Shown: one piece after another, positions 23,460 to 33,018 of the stretch
How the letters are laid out: every line of letters begins with the position of its first letter
Numbering within the stretch: position 1 is the stretch's first letter
From: a virus
Taxonomy: Duplodnaviria; Caudoviricetes
IMG/VR virus record: IMGVR_UViG_3300037851_000560
Span: 1 to 33,411 of that record
Strand: one strand, 5' to 3'
DNA length: 33,411 nt
The notes under the pieces: generated by a model
Seen by the model: the letters and a program-made list of their open reading frames with translations, nothing else
Told to the model about the DNA's origin: nothing
The model's database searches: none
Made by a program: the position numbers and the translations under genes

Positions 23460-26400
23460 CGATCGAGGAGCAGGCCCTCCGGCCGAAGTGGCTCGACGCC
23501 ATCGCCTCGCGCGTGAAGCTGGAGATGCGCCGGCTCGACAAGCAGGTGCGCTCCGTCGTGCGCGAGCAGATCCTCAAGGTGATCAGCGGGAAGGCAGAGA
23601 GCATTACCCCGACCGCGATCCTCAACCACATCGGGCTCACCGAGAGCCAGATGGCGACCGTCGAGCGCGCGCGCACGCGCCTGCTCGCCGAAGGCAAGCT
23701 CAAGGGCAAGGCGCTGGAGAAGGATCTCGACAAGCTCCGAGCCAAGCTCCTGCGCGAGCGCGCGAGCCTCATCGCAGAGCATGAGACGCGCATGGCGCAC
23801 GCGCTCGGCCAGCGTGCGGCGTGGGAAAAACTCTTCGCCGACAAGAAGCTGGCGGGCGGGAAGAGGCACTGGCACAAGCTCTGGATCGCCTCCGAGGATG
23901 AGCGAACGTGTGGCGTGTGCATGGATCTCGATGGGCAGGAGGTTCCCGTCGACAGCCTCTTCGACGACTCGTACTACTCGCCCCCGGAGCCGCACCCGCG
24001 GTGCCGCTGCTCCGTTGCGCTGGTGGAGACGACGCCGGGCTGGCGCTCGGAGAAGAGCGCGCTCGTCGACGACGACGTGGAGGAGTTCGCGGGCAAGAAC
24101 ATCGCTGGCGGACACTGGATCACGAAGGACGGCCGAAAGATCCTCATCGGCGGGGACGCCGCCGCGGGCCGCTCCGCTGGCGGCGGCGGCGGCTCGCTGT
24201 CCGACATCACAGAGGGGCCGCCAGAGGCTCCGATCGACCCCGAGAAGGAAGGCTGGAAGATCGTCAAGAAGGGGAAGATCGGCGGGCACTCCGAAGCCAA
24301 CATCTGGGAGGACAAGAACGGCGACCTCTGGTACGTCAAGCGCTCCGACGACTGGACCCAGCAGGCGAACGAGGTCATCGCCGGGAAGCTGTACGCGCTC
24401 GCCGGCATCCCCCACACCGAGACGCGGGCCGCAGTCGTCGGCGGCTCGCCTTGGCTCGCGTCGAAGATGATCTCGCACGCGGGCGACCCGCACCCGAACG
24501 CTGTCGGGCTGCGCGAGGGCTTCGCGACCGACGCGTGGCTGGGCAATTGGGACGTCGCCGGCCTGCACGGCGAGAACACCGTGCTCGGGCCGAAGATGAT
24601 GGCGACGCGCGTCGAGTCTGGCGGCGCTCTGCTCTATCGCGGGATGCAGGGCCTGAAGACCGACACGCAGTTCACCGGGAAGGTGAATGAGATCGACGTC
24701 TTCCGCGGCGGCATCTCGGGCGGTGGCAAGACGAACGACACGGCGACCTACCTCTTCCGCGGCGTCACAGAGGCCGACATCGCGAAGGGCATCCGCGACC
24801 ACGTGCTCGCGATCACGCCGGCCGAGATCTCGAAGGTGGTCACCAAGTACGGCAGCAACATGCCTCCGAACCTGCAGAGCAAAATCATCAACACGCTCAC
24901 GGCCCGGCAGGAGGATCTCAAGGCCAGACTCCCCGACCTCGATGCCGCTGCGAAGGCCGCCGCCAAGTCGGGCGCACCGCCGCCGCCGACCGGGAAGCTG
25001 TTCAACGTGACGCATCAGGTCGTCGCTGGCAACGGGAAAATCCCGCAGGCTCCGCAGCCGGTCGTGGCGACCGCAGCGCAGACGAAGGCGATGAGCGGCG
25101 GCAACTGGGGGATCTCCAACTGGAGCGACCCCAATCATCCGCGCCCCGACGAATTCGGAGCGCCGACCAACCCGAGCAGCATCGCCTACGCCGAAGCCAT
25201 GAAGCGCGCGCAGTCGCGCATCACAAGCTGGAAGCATTGCGCGCAGTCGGAGGGCGCGAAGAAGCTCCGCGTTGCCGCGATCGAGGAGCTTGGCGCGCAG
25301 GGCATGGTCGGAGTCGGGAACACGCCCAAGCCGGCGATCGACTTCACGGACAGGCAGGCCGTGCGCGTGCTCTACATGAAGACGCAGGCCGACCTCGCGG
25401 CCGCAGGCTTCACCAACGACGACCGGCTCGTCCTTGCTCGCGGCCTGAGCTTCCACGGTCCGTCGGGGTCGATGCTCACTGGCCCGGAGGCAAAAGCGAA
25501 GTACACGACGCCGATGGCGCTGGAGGGCTTCTCGACGAACGAGGGCACGGCCGTCGCGTTCAACAACTCGCTGGTGATCAAGAAGGCCGTCCCGCCGTCG
25601 AGCATCCTGTTCTCGTGGCACACCAGCGTCGGCTCGACTGGCGGCTATGCCGGCGAGAAGGAGTACTTCGTCCTGCATGGCCCGAAGTTCGAGCCGCTCG
25701 GCTCGACCTACGAGGGCAAGATCGCAGGCGGCCCGGCGGCGAAGGCCGCCCCGAAGAAGCCGAGCACGTGGTCTGGCCAAGGGCCGCTCGACCTCTCGAA
25801 GCTCGCGGCTGACGCGGGCTTCACCTACAAGGGGCACCAGACCGTCCCGAAGGTCGAGAACACGTCCGTGCTTGGCGGCACGATCAAGGTGCCGAAGCCG
25901 CAGAAGACGTACTCGGGCTCCGGTGGGGCCGACGCGTTCATCGCGAAGTACGGCGGCGAGAAGTACTCGAAGGATCAGTTGAAGGTCGCCTTCGACGTGC
26001 TCGCGAAGGGCGGGACCGTCGCCGAGGCCGCGGCGGCCGGTGCGATCAACAAGAACTCGATGCACGGGATGATTCACCTCGTGAAGCTGAAGTACGGCGG
26101 GGTGAACATCGGCGGCACGACGGTGACCACGAAGGCCGGCTCTGGCGGCGGCGAGACGACGTACACGCCGACGGCCGCGCAGATCTCCTCGGCCGCTGCG
26201 GGGACGCATGCCAGCGCTCCGTTCTCTGGCGTGGCCGCGTCGCCGCCGCCGCCGAAACCGTCGTACCCCGAGGCGCAGCCGCTGAAGCCAGCCGACGCCG
26301 ACTGGTTCTTCGGCAAGGCCGAGGCCGGCATGAGTGTCGGCGGGACCGTCTTCGACAAGGACGTGTACCTGACGAAGGCTGGGACCTACTTCAAGGTTCC

Positions 26401-26716
26401 GGCCGGCCAGCCCGCGCCGACGGGGGCCAAGGTGTCGATGCACCCGCAGAGCGTCGCGAAGTCCATCGCTCTGCAGCAGGCCGGCCAGCCCGAGCCGCCG
26501 AAGACGACGCCGCCGCCAGCGCCGAGCGGCAAGCTGGGAATCGAGGCCTACATGAAGAAGTACGGCAGCACCAAGTACTCGCCCGCGCAGATTCAGGCGC
26601 TGCTGTCGCTGAAGGCCTCGGGCATGAGCGACGCGGCCGTCGCCAAGCAGCTCGGCATCCCGGTGAACACGGTGCACGGCATCTCGTGGAAGGCGAAGAA
26701 CAAGGGGTACATCTGA
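23456..26716 (+). CDS. MuF (head morphogenesis) protein with kinase-like, ART-like and HTH domains
   Basis: MuF motifs RASLIAEHE, KLWIASEDERTCGVC and PPEPHPRCRC. Then YVK..NE..DAWLGNWD, LARGL..FST..EKEY and two HTH-like repeats. Confidence 0.85.
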   Translation: MTIEEQALRPKWLDAIASRVKLEMRRLDKQVRSVVREQILKVISGKAESITPTAILNHIGLTESQMATVERARTRLLAEGKLKGKALEKDLDKLRAKLLRERASLIAEHETRMAHALGQRAAWEKLFADKKLAGGKRHWHKLWIASEDERTCGVCMDLDGQEVPVDSLFDDSYYSPPEPHPRCRCSVALVETTPGWRSEKSALVDDDVEEFAGKNIAGGHWITKDGRKILIGGDAAAGRSAGGGGGSLSDITEGPPEAPIDPEKEGWKIVKKGKIGGHSEANIWEDKNGDLWYVKRSDDWTQQANEVIAGKLYALAGIPHTETRAAVVGGSPWLASKMISHAGDPHPNAVGLREGFATDAWLGNWDVAGLHGENTVLGPKMMATRVESGGALLYRGMQGLKTDTQFTGKVNEIDVFRGGISGGGKTNDTATYLFRGVTEADIAKGIRDHVLAITPAEISKVVTKYGSNMPPNLQSKIINTLTARQEDLKARLPDLDAAAKAAAKSGAPPPPTGKLFNVTHQVVAGNGKIPQAPQPVVATAAQTKAMSGGNWGISNWSDPNHPRPDEFGAPTNPSSIAYAEAMKRAQSRITSWKHCAQSEGAKKLRVAAIEELGAQGMVGVGNTPKPAIDFTDRQAVRVLYMKTQADLAAAGFTNDDRLVLARGLSFHGPSGSMLTGPEAKAKYTTPMALEGFSTNEGTAVAFNNSLVIKKAVPPSSILFSWHTSVGSTGGYAGEKEYFVLHGPKFEPLGSTYEGKIAGGPAAKAAPKKPSTWSGQGPLDLSKLAADAGFTYKGHQTVPKVENTSVLGGTIKVPKPQKTYSGSGGADAFIAKYGGEKYSKDQLKVAFDVLAKGGTVAEAAAAGAINKNSMHGMIHLVKLKYGGVNIGGTTVTTKAGSGGGETTYTPTAAQISSAAAGTHASAPFSGVAASPPPPKPSYPEAQPLKPADADWFFGKAEAGMSVGGTVFDKDVYLTKAGTYFKVPAGQPAPTGAKVSMHPQSVAKSIALQQAGQPEPPKTTPPPAPSGKLGIEAYMKKYGSTKYSPAQIQALLSLKASGMSDAAVAKQLGIPVNTVHGISWKAKNKGYI

Positions 26717-27219
26717 TGCGCGAGCGCTGGAACGTCGACGAGACTCACGGCGAGAAGCGCGTGGTCATCGAATTGCTGCCAGACACGGACGAGGACGTCG
26801 AGCGCCTTGAGGGGATGTTCGCCAGAGGAGAGCTTGCCATGCCGCGCGACATGAAGGACTACCTGCACGTAAAGGAGAAGCCCGGGAAGTGGCTGTGGCT
26901 TGGGACCGAGATGCTGGTCCGCATCGGTTACGAAGACCTGATCTCCACGCTCAATGCAATCAGGCCGGAGGCGGCCGAGGTGGCCCCCGCCATCTTCCTG
27001 CTGCCTCGCTTCTACAGCGAGGTGATCGGGAAGGACGGCGTCGAGGAGATCGCGAATCAGGCGCGCGTGCTGCTTGGCGACGCGCAGTTGTTCAGCCTCC
27101 TCTCTGAGCCGGCCGGCGCGCTGCTGACGACGCTGGCGACGCTCGACATGCCCGGCATCGCCAGCGCCGAAGACCTGTCGGCCCCGGGGCAGGGCGACGC
27201 AGCAGGGGCGGCCGAATGA
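26716..27219 (+). CDS. Acidic hypothetical protein (possible immunity protein)
   Basis: TGATG coupling to muF; starts MRERWNVD. Confidence 0.6.
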   Translation: MRERWNVDETHGEKRVVIELLPDTDEDVERLEGMFARGELAMPRDMKDYLHVKEKPGKWLWLGTEMLVRIGYEDLISTLNAIRPEAAEVAPAIFLLPRFYSEVIGKDGVEEIANQARVLLGDAQLFSLLSEPAGALLTTLATLDMPGIASAEDLSAPGQGDAAGAAE

Positions 27220-27977
27220 GGCTCGCCTTCGCCTGCCCCTACCTCAACGCGACGCCGAAGGTGACGATCGCGCAGATGGCGGCCGTCATGCACGCCGGGT
27301 GGACGCACCCGTGGGTCGCCAACATCTGCACCGAGCGCACGCCCCACATCCAAGCCTGCGAGCGCATCCTCAAGCGCGCGCTCCAGAACGCGAACCTCGA
27401 CGCCCTCTTCTGGACCGAGGACGACTGCGTGCTCCCGCAGGACGCCGTCACCCGGCTCGTCTCGCTGCTCGAAGCGCACCCCGAGGTCGATATCGCGACC
27501 GGCATCACCTTCATGCGCTACGCCCCGTATCACCCGATGATCGCGGAGCACGCGGGGATCCTCACGCAGGAGGAACTCGACAAGCACGACCGCTCGATGA
27601 TCGTCAACGCGCGGCGCGGGGAGCCCGTCGTCGGCAAGGAGCACTACCGCTTCATCACCCGCATCGACACCTCGGCGAAGCCGTACCCGGTCGACGCCAC
27701 GTCGATGAACTGCCTCCTGTTCCGCCGCCGCGCGCTGGAGGTCATGGGCTCGATCGAGCACCCCTTCGACACGGGGCACTTCACGACGCCCGACTTCGCC
27801 CTGTTCCACCGGCTGCGCGGCCGGTGCACGACGTTCGTCGACCCCGCGCTGCTGACGCTGCACCTCGGGCCAGCGCGCGAGATCGGCTTCGAGACGTGGG
27901 TCGAGGAGATGGAGGCGTGGCAGAAGCGGGGCGACGCCGTGCGGCTGCCGGACGAGGAGCCCGTAGGCGAACCGTAG
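27216..27977 (+). CDS. GT-A fold (GT2-like) glycosyltransferase
   Basis: LFWTEDDCVLP DxD-like motif, VDATSMNCLLFRR, DFALF and H-LG. Confidence 0.75.
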   Translation: MRLAFACPYLNATPKVTIAQMAAVMHAGWTHPWVANICTERTPHIQACERILKRALQNANLDALFWTEDDCVLPQDAVTRLVSLLEAHPEVDIATGITFMRYAPYHPMIAEHAGILTQEELDKHDRSMIVNARRGEPVVGKEHYRFITRIDTSAKPYPVDATSMNCLLFRRRALEVMGSIEHPFDTGHFTTPDFALFHRLRGRCTTFVDPALLTLHLGPAREIGFETWVEEMEAWQKRGDAVRLPDEEPVGEP

Positions 27978-28040
27978 AAACAGCGCTGCGCCCGCTGCTA
28001 GAGTCTGGCGCGTCCTTGGGAGAGGGAGAGGGGGAAGGGC

Positions 28041-28790
28041 ATGAAGGTCTACTTCGGGACACCGACGCACGGGGCACCCCGCATCGAGTTCGTGGCGGGC
28101 TTCATTCTCATGCGCGACTACGAGATGACGAAGCCGCCGGGCGAGGGGCACCTCGTCGCGTCGAACTTCGAGCAGGGGCCGTACATCGCGAGCAACCGGA
28201 ACAAGCTCGTCATGAAGATGTACGAGCGCGACTGCGAAGCGCTGATGATGGTCGACCACGACGTGCACTGCCCGCCCGAGACGATGTCGAAGATGGTCGA
28301 GGCGATGGAGGAAACGGGGCTCGGGATCATCGCGGGCGACCTGATCCTCGGCAACGACGCGCGCACGACCGGCTTCTTCGATCAGACGGCAGACGATCAG
28401 GACGGGCCGGCTGGCTCGTATGCGCTCGCCGAGCGCCCGCTCGTCGACGGCGTGCCAGCACAGATCGGCCTCGTCAACGCGGTGGCCACATCCTGCATCC
28501 TCATCCACCGCCGCGTCTTCGATGCGATCTCTGCGGTGCGGGACGACCCGCCGTGGTTCGGCCCCGGCACGTGGTTCATGCACTGGCCGGTCAAGCACGC
28601 GACGAAGCCGTACTGGGTCGACACCGGAGAGGACTTCTCGTTCTGCAAGCGGGCGCGAGCCGCGGGGTTCCCCGTCATGGGGCTCTACTACGGCCTCGGC
28701 CTCGGACACCACAAGGTCGGTCGCATGATCGTGGAGAAAATGACGGGCACCCCGCCGACGCAGATCGGCGTTCCACAGGAGGCAGTCTAG
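28041..28790 (+). CDS. GT-A fold (GT2-like) glycosyltransferase
   Basis: IASNRNKLV, LMMVDHD, CILIHRRVF and GEDFSFCKRA. Confidence 0.85.
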   Translation: MKVYFGTPTHGAPRIEFVAGFILMRDYEMTKPPGEGHLVASNFEQGPYIASNRNKLVMKMYERDCEALMMVDHDVHCPPETMSKMVEAMEETGLGIIAGDLILGNDARTTGFFDQTADDQDGPAGSYALAERPLVDGVPAQIGLVNAVATSCILIHRRVFDAISAVRDDPPWFGPGTWFMHWPVKHATKPYWVDTGEDFSFCKRARAAGFPVMGLYYGLGLGHHKVGRMIVEKMTGTPPTQIGVPQEAV

Positions 28791-29198
28791 ATGGCAAACG
28801 GGCTCACGCAGTGGTTCGAGGCGAAGCTCCTCGATCATGCTCTCAAGGGGACGGCGTACTCGCAGCCGACCTCCCTCTACGTCTCCCTGCACTCGGCGGA
28901 TCCGACCGACACCGGCACGACGGGCGAGATCACGGGCGGCTCCTACGCGCGGCAGGGCGCGACCTCGTCCTTCGCCGCCGCGGCCGAGGGCAACCCCGCG
29001 TCGAAGGCGTCGAACGCCGACCTGACGTGGACGAACATGCCCACCTGCACGGTGACGGGCGTCGCGATTTGGGATCACTCCACCGCGACCGCGTCGTCGA
29101 ACTGCCTCTGGCAGGGCACGCTGTCCGCGTCGAAGTCGGTCAACAGCGGCGACACGTTCAAGATCCTGAGCGGCTCGCTCACCTGCACGCTGGAGTAG
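28791..29198 (+). CDS. Virion structural or tail-associated protein
   Basis: LLDHAL...LYVSLHSADP...EITGGSYARQ...GDTF; a recognisable phage structural family. Confidence 0.75.
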   Translation: MANGLTQWFEAKLLDHALKGTAYSQPTSLYVSLHSADPTDTGTTGEITGGSYARQGATSSFAAAAEGNPASKASNADLTWTNMPTCTVTGVAIWDHSTATASSNCLWQGTLSASKSVNSGDTFKILSGSLTCTLE

Positions 29199-29259
29199 TG
29201 CGCCTCGGAGATGGGGGCGGATCGCCCGCCCCCGACACCGAGGAGCGCTGGAGGCACCC

Positions 29260-29943
29260 TTGACGAAGACCCTCTACCTGCTCAACGTGAACGACTACGC
29301 GCCGGAGATCACCGCGATCACCTACCCGCTCATCCGTCGGTGGGCGCGAAAGGTCGGTGCGGACATCGAGGTCATCTCGGAGCGCCGCTTCCCCGACTGG
29401 CCGATCACCTACGAGAAGCTCCAGATCTACGAGCGCGCGAAGCGCAACGGAAGCGAGTGGCACCTCTACCTCGACTCCGACGCGCTCGTGCATCCCGAGA
29501 CGCCGGACTGGACCGCGTTCCTTCCGCGCGACACCGTGGCCCACAACGGGATCGACTTCGCGAACATCCGCTGGCGATACGACGAGTACTTCCTCCGCGA
29601 CGGGCGCAACGTCGGGTCGTGCAACTGGAACACGATCGCGTCGAAGTGGTGCCTCGACCTGTGGCGTCCGCTCGACGACCTGACGCCAGAGGAGGCCATC
29701 GACTCGATCCACCCGACGGTCGACGAACTGAACACCATCATCACGCGCGAGCACCTCGTCGACGACTACGCGCTGAGCCGAAACATCGCGCGCTTCGGGC
29801 TCAAGACGCAGACGCTCACGGCGTTGGAGAAGCGCCTTGGCTTCACGAACGCCGAGTTCTACTGGCACGCCTACACGGTCGGCATCCCCGAGAAGGTCGA
29901 GCAGATCAAGGAGACGCTGGAACGGTGGAAGGTCAAGCCGTAG
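29260..29943 (+). CDS. Glycosyltransferase-like (nucleotide-diphospho-sugar transferase)
   Basis: TTG start after GGAGG; YEKLQIY...LYLDSDALV DxD motif. Confidence 0.7.
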   Translation: MTKTLYLLNVNDYAPEITAITYPLIRRWARKVGADIEVISERRFPDWPITYEKLQIYERAKRNGSEWHLYLDSDALVHPETPDWTAFLPRDTVAHNGIDFANIRWRYDEYFLRDGRNVGSCNWNTIASKWCLDLWRPLDDLTPEEAIDSIHPTVDELNTIITREHLVDDYALSRNIARFGLKTQTLTALEKRLGFTNAEFYWHAYTVGIPEKVEQIKETLERWKVKP

Positions 29944-30491
29944 AGATCCACGACCGGATCTTCGGGTGGCTCTACCCGGAGCAGATGGAGTGGCTCGCCC
30001 GCGAGGCGCAGCGGCGGTACTCGATCCTTGAGGTCGGCGCGTGGGAGGGCAAGAGCGCGGACGTGCTCGCGCGCGCGACGCCCGGCATGCTCTACGTCGT
30101 CGACTCGTGGCTGCCGTCCACCGACCCCGAGGACGAGACCTCGGCGCTCGACCCGCTCGCGGCTTACGGCGCGTACATGCGCGAGGTGGGCTGGCGGTCG
30201 AACGTCGTCACCTACGCGATGACGAGCGAGCAAGCCTACGCGCTCGCCGGGCACCTGACCTTCGACATGATCTGGCTCGACGCCGATCACCGCGAGGAGG
30301 CCGTGCGCGAGGACATCCTGATGTGGCGCTCGCGGCTGCGCCCCGGCGGCCTGCTCTGCGGCCACGACGGCGAGCACGGGGGCGTGGCGGCGGCGGTCGC
30401 CGACCTCGTCCCCAGCGCGCGCTTCCACGCGACGCAACAGCCGCCCCCGCACCAGCACCAGCCGTCGCTCATCTGGTACGCGGAGGTCTAG
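29925..30491 (+). CDS. Class I SAM methyltransferase (Methyltransf_24-like)
   Basis: ILEVGAWEGKS, VVDSW, FDMIWLDADH and LRPGGLLCGHD. Start uncertain (GTG 29925). Confidence 0.85.
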   Translation: MEGQAVEIHDRIFGWLYPEQMEWLAREAQRRYSILEVGAWEGKSADVLARATPGMLYVVDSWLPSTDPEDETSALDPLAAYGAYMREVGWRSNVVTYAMTSEQAYALAGHLTFDMIWLDADHREEAVREDILMWRSRLRPGGLLCGHDGEHGGVAAAVADLVPSARFHATQQPPPHQHQPSLIWYAEV

Positions 30492-31268
30492 GTGGGCCAG
30501 AACATCTACACCGTCGCGGGCGCGAACACGTGGACGTGCCCTGCCGGCGTCACGACCGTCACGGTAGAGTGCTGGGGCGCGGGCGGTGCGGGCGGGTCGA
30601 ACAACAACACGGCGACGAGCGGTGGCGGCGGCGGGGGCGGCGGCGGGGGCTACGCGCGCAGCGACGTCACCGTCGTCCCGTCCACCGTCTACAACCTGAC
30701 GGTCGGGCAGGGCGGCGCGTATGGCGCATCGAACAACAGCAACGGCGCGAACGGGAACAACAGCGAGTTCAACTCGAATCAGGTGCGCGGGAGCGCGGGG
30801 CGCGGCGGGAACCGCAACGGCGCGAACGGAGCGGGCGGGACGACGGCGAACTGCGTCGGCACGACCACCTACGCGGGCGGGCGCGGGAACAACGACGTCG
30901 GCACGAACGGGTACGGCGGCGGCGGCGGCGCGAGCGCTGGCAACGCTGGTGCGGGCGCGAACTCGACATCGAACACCGGCGGGACGGGGAGCGGCAACGG
31001 AGCGAGCGGCGGCAACGGTGGCGTCGCGACGAACAACAACGGCGTGGCCGGCGAGAGCGGTGGTGGTGGCGGCGGCGGCTCGTCGAACGGCAACGCATCG
31101 ACGAAGCGCGGCGGCAACGGCGGCAACGGCAAGATCATCATCACGTGGACCGACCCGCCCCCGCCGGCCTATCCGCGATTCCGAATGCGCGGCGGCGGCA
31201 ATCGCACGGGCGGATACTGCGGAACCTACGGCGGTCGCTCGTATCCTGTACAAACGAGAAGGAGTTGA
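30492..31268 (+). CDS. Glycine-rich virion or tail-fibre-like protein
   Basis: TWTCPAGVTTVTVECWGAGGAGG...GGGGGGY...GGNGKIIITW, typical of phage Gly-rich domains. Confidence 0.8.
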   Translation: MGQNIYTVAGANTWTCPAGVTTVTVECWGAGGAGGSNNNTATSGGGGGGGGGGYARSDVTVVPSTVYNLTVGQGGAYGASNNSNGANGNNSEFNSNQVRGSAGRGGNRNGANGAGGTTANCVGTTTYAGGRGNNDVGTNGYGGGGGASAGNAGAGANSTSNTGGTGSGNGASGGNGGVATNNNGVAGESGGGGGGGSSNGNASTKRGGNGGNGKIIITWTDPPPPAYPRFRMRGGGNRTGGYCGTYGGRSYPVQTRRS

Positions 31269-31269
31269 G

Positions 31270-31722
31270 ATGGCACGAGTGATTGCGACGGCAGACAGCG
31301 GCTCGATCAGCGTCGCCGCGAACACGACGAAGACGCTCCTCGGCCTGACGGCCCCGGCGAATCAGGGGGTCGCGTGGCTGCGCCTGATCGTCAGCTTCGA
31401 AGGCGTCGCAGCGACCGACAAGCCGGCGCTGATCGAGATCGGCAGCGTGACGAGCGGCACCTCGGCCGGCGTGACCGAGCAGCTGCTCAGCGCTCCCGGC
31501 GGCGCGCCGACGGTGCAGGGGGCCGGCCTGACGTACTCGGCCGAGCCGACGTGGACGTCGAAGGCGGCCATCTACTGCCACCTCCAGAGCGGGTACGAGT
31601 GGGTCTTCCAGCGCGGGCAGGACGAGGTCGCGTACTACAACGCGACGTGGGCCGTGCGGGTGACGAACCCGACGGGCAACAGCGCGACGAACGCGCGCGC
31701 GATCCTCTACTGGGAGGAATGA
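31270..31722 (+). CDS. Putative virion structural protein
   Basis: MARVIATADSG after AAGGAG; beta-rich; ends YWEE. Confidence 0.65.
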   Translation: MARVIATADSGSISVAANTTKTLLGLTAPANQGVAWLRLIVSFEGVAATDKPALIEIGSVTSGTSAGVTEQLLSAPGGAPTVQGAGLTYSAEPTWTSKAAIYCHLQSGYEWVFQRGQDEVAYYNATWAVRVTNPTGNSATNARAILYWEE

Positions 31723-31913
31723 GCATGGATCGACGAGAGGTCATCCTCATCTTCGCGGCGGCCGTGACCGCGTGCACCGGCAACGACTCGGCCCGGCTTC
31801 CGCTCAGCCCGACCTCCGCATCCGACGGCGACGACCGACTCGTGCTCGCCGCGTCGAAGAACGACAAGGTGAAGCAGTGCGTGAAGAAGTTCGTCAAGGC
31901 GCTGGAGGCGTAG
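31719..31913 (+). CDS. Small putative Tat-type lipoprotein
   Basis: MSMDRREVILIFAAAVTAC: twin Arg plus lipobox. Confidence 0.5.
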   Translation: MSMDRREVILIFAAAVTACTGNDSARLPLSPTSASDGDDRLVLAASKNDKVKQCVKKFVKALEA

Positions 31914-31914
31914 C

Positions 31915-32295
31915 ATGGCGATCCTGATCGACGCGCAGCCGCTCTCGATCAACCCCGGTACGCACGAAGTCGAGCACGCGATCGACGCGCCCGGCACGCT
32001 CGTCGTCCGGCTCGCGCGCAAGACGACCGCGACCCCGACGTTGTGGGCCGACGGTGTGAGCCTCGCGGTGCGCCTCGACGTGTCGTCCGATGCCGGTCAG
32101 ACGTGGCGTGGGCTCGCCGGCTTCACGGCCATCGGCGGCATCTGGATCGGCCGCAACGAGGAGACTGGCGTGGACGGCGAGATACCGGAGACGCGGCTTC
32201 TCTGCCCCTTCCCCGACGACGCGAACCGCGCGCGCCTGAGCGTGACGGTCACGGGCGGGACGTTCAACTCGCTGCTCACGGTCGAGCGCATCTAG
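31915..32295 (+). CDS. Putative structural protein
   Basis: GGAGG RBS; beta-rich; SSDAGQTW Asp-box-like motif. Confidence 0.6.
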   Translation: MAILIDAQPLSINPGTHEVEHAIDAPGTLVVRLARKTTATPTLWADGVSLAVRLDVSSDAGQTWRGLAGFTAIGGIWIGRNEETGVDGEIPETRLLCPFPDDANRARLSVTVTGGTFNSLLTVERI

Positions 32296-32304
32296 GAGCC
32301 GTCC

Positions 32305-33018
32305 GTGGCGATCTCCGTCGTCCAGAAGGACCCGAACAGCACGTCGTGGCTCGTCGGCACGGGCGTCACGAGCCTCACGTCGGCGGGCCTCGGGTCGGCG
32401 ACGACGACGGGGAATCGCCTCATCGCAGCCGCCACGATGACGGGGACCGACGTGTCGACCCCGTCCTTCTCCGACAACGGCTCGCACTCGTGGACCGAGA
32501 CGTCGTCGGCTGGAGAGAACGGCTTCTCCAGCGCGCGCTTCTGTACCGTCATCTCGCGGACGGCCGCCATCACCGGGCGCACCGATCATGAGGTGACGGT
32601 CAGCTACGGGAGCACGGTCAACTTCGTGCTCGCTGTCTTCGAGGTCAGCGGGATCGACGCGACGACGCCCGTATCGGACTCGGAGATGGGCTACGGCGGC
32701 GGCACGGATCTCTCGACGACCGAACTGACGCTGAGCGGCGGCGAAGACCTGTGCATGTTCGTCGCGAAGTCGGATGCCTCGACGACGTTCACGGCGAACT
32801 GGACCGGCGCGACGACGCAGTACAGCAGCGCCTACAACTACTGCGCGACGAAGCTCTCGTCGGCCTCGACCGAAGACCCCACGGTGTCGAAGTCGGAGAC
32901 GTCGAACTGGTGCGCGTGCTCGGCGTCGTTCAAGCCGTCGGCCGGCGTCGACCTCTTCCCCTACGACCACGACGGAGTGAAGCCGTGGTCGGCGATCTGG
33001 CGGCCCGGTAGGATCTGA
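32305..33018 (+). CDS. Ser/Thr-rich putative tail protein
   Basis: VFEVSGIDATTP motif; lies within the structural cluster. Confidence 0.65.
   Translation: MAISVVQKDPNSTSWLVGTGVTSLTSAGLGSATTTGNRLIAAATMTGTDVSTPSFSDNGSHSWTETSSAGENGFSSARFCTVISRTAAITGRTDHEVTVSYGSTVNFVLAVFEVSGIDATTPVSDSEMGYGGGTDLSTTELTLSGGEDLCMFVAKSDASTTFTANWTGATTQYSSAYNYCATKLSSASTEDPTVSKSETSNWCACSASFKPSAGVDLFPYDHDGVKPWSAIWRPGRI

Noticed and set aside
22862-26677. 1271-aa minus-strand ORF and other long antisense ORFs (20464-22509, 27057-29078, 527-1888, 8083-9330)
   Set aside because: Shadow frames of real high-GC3 genes on the opposite strand; Arg/Ala/Gly-rich with no recognisable motifs.
30600-31140. GGC-rich tract as another GGY array
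   Set aside because: It has a 3-nt period of Gly/Asn codons within an intact Gly-rich gene, with no 5-nt spacing or GGCGGTC boundaries.
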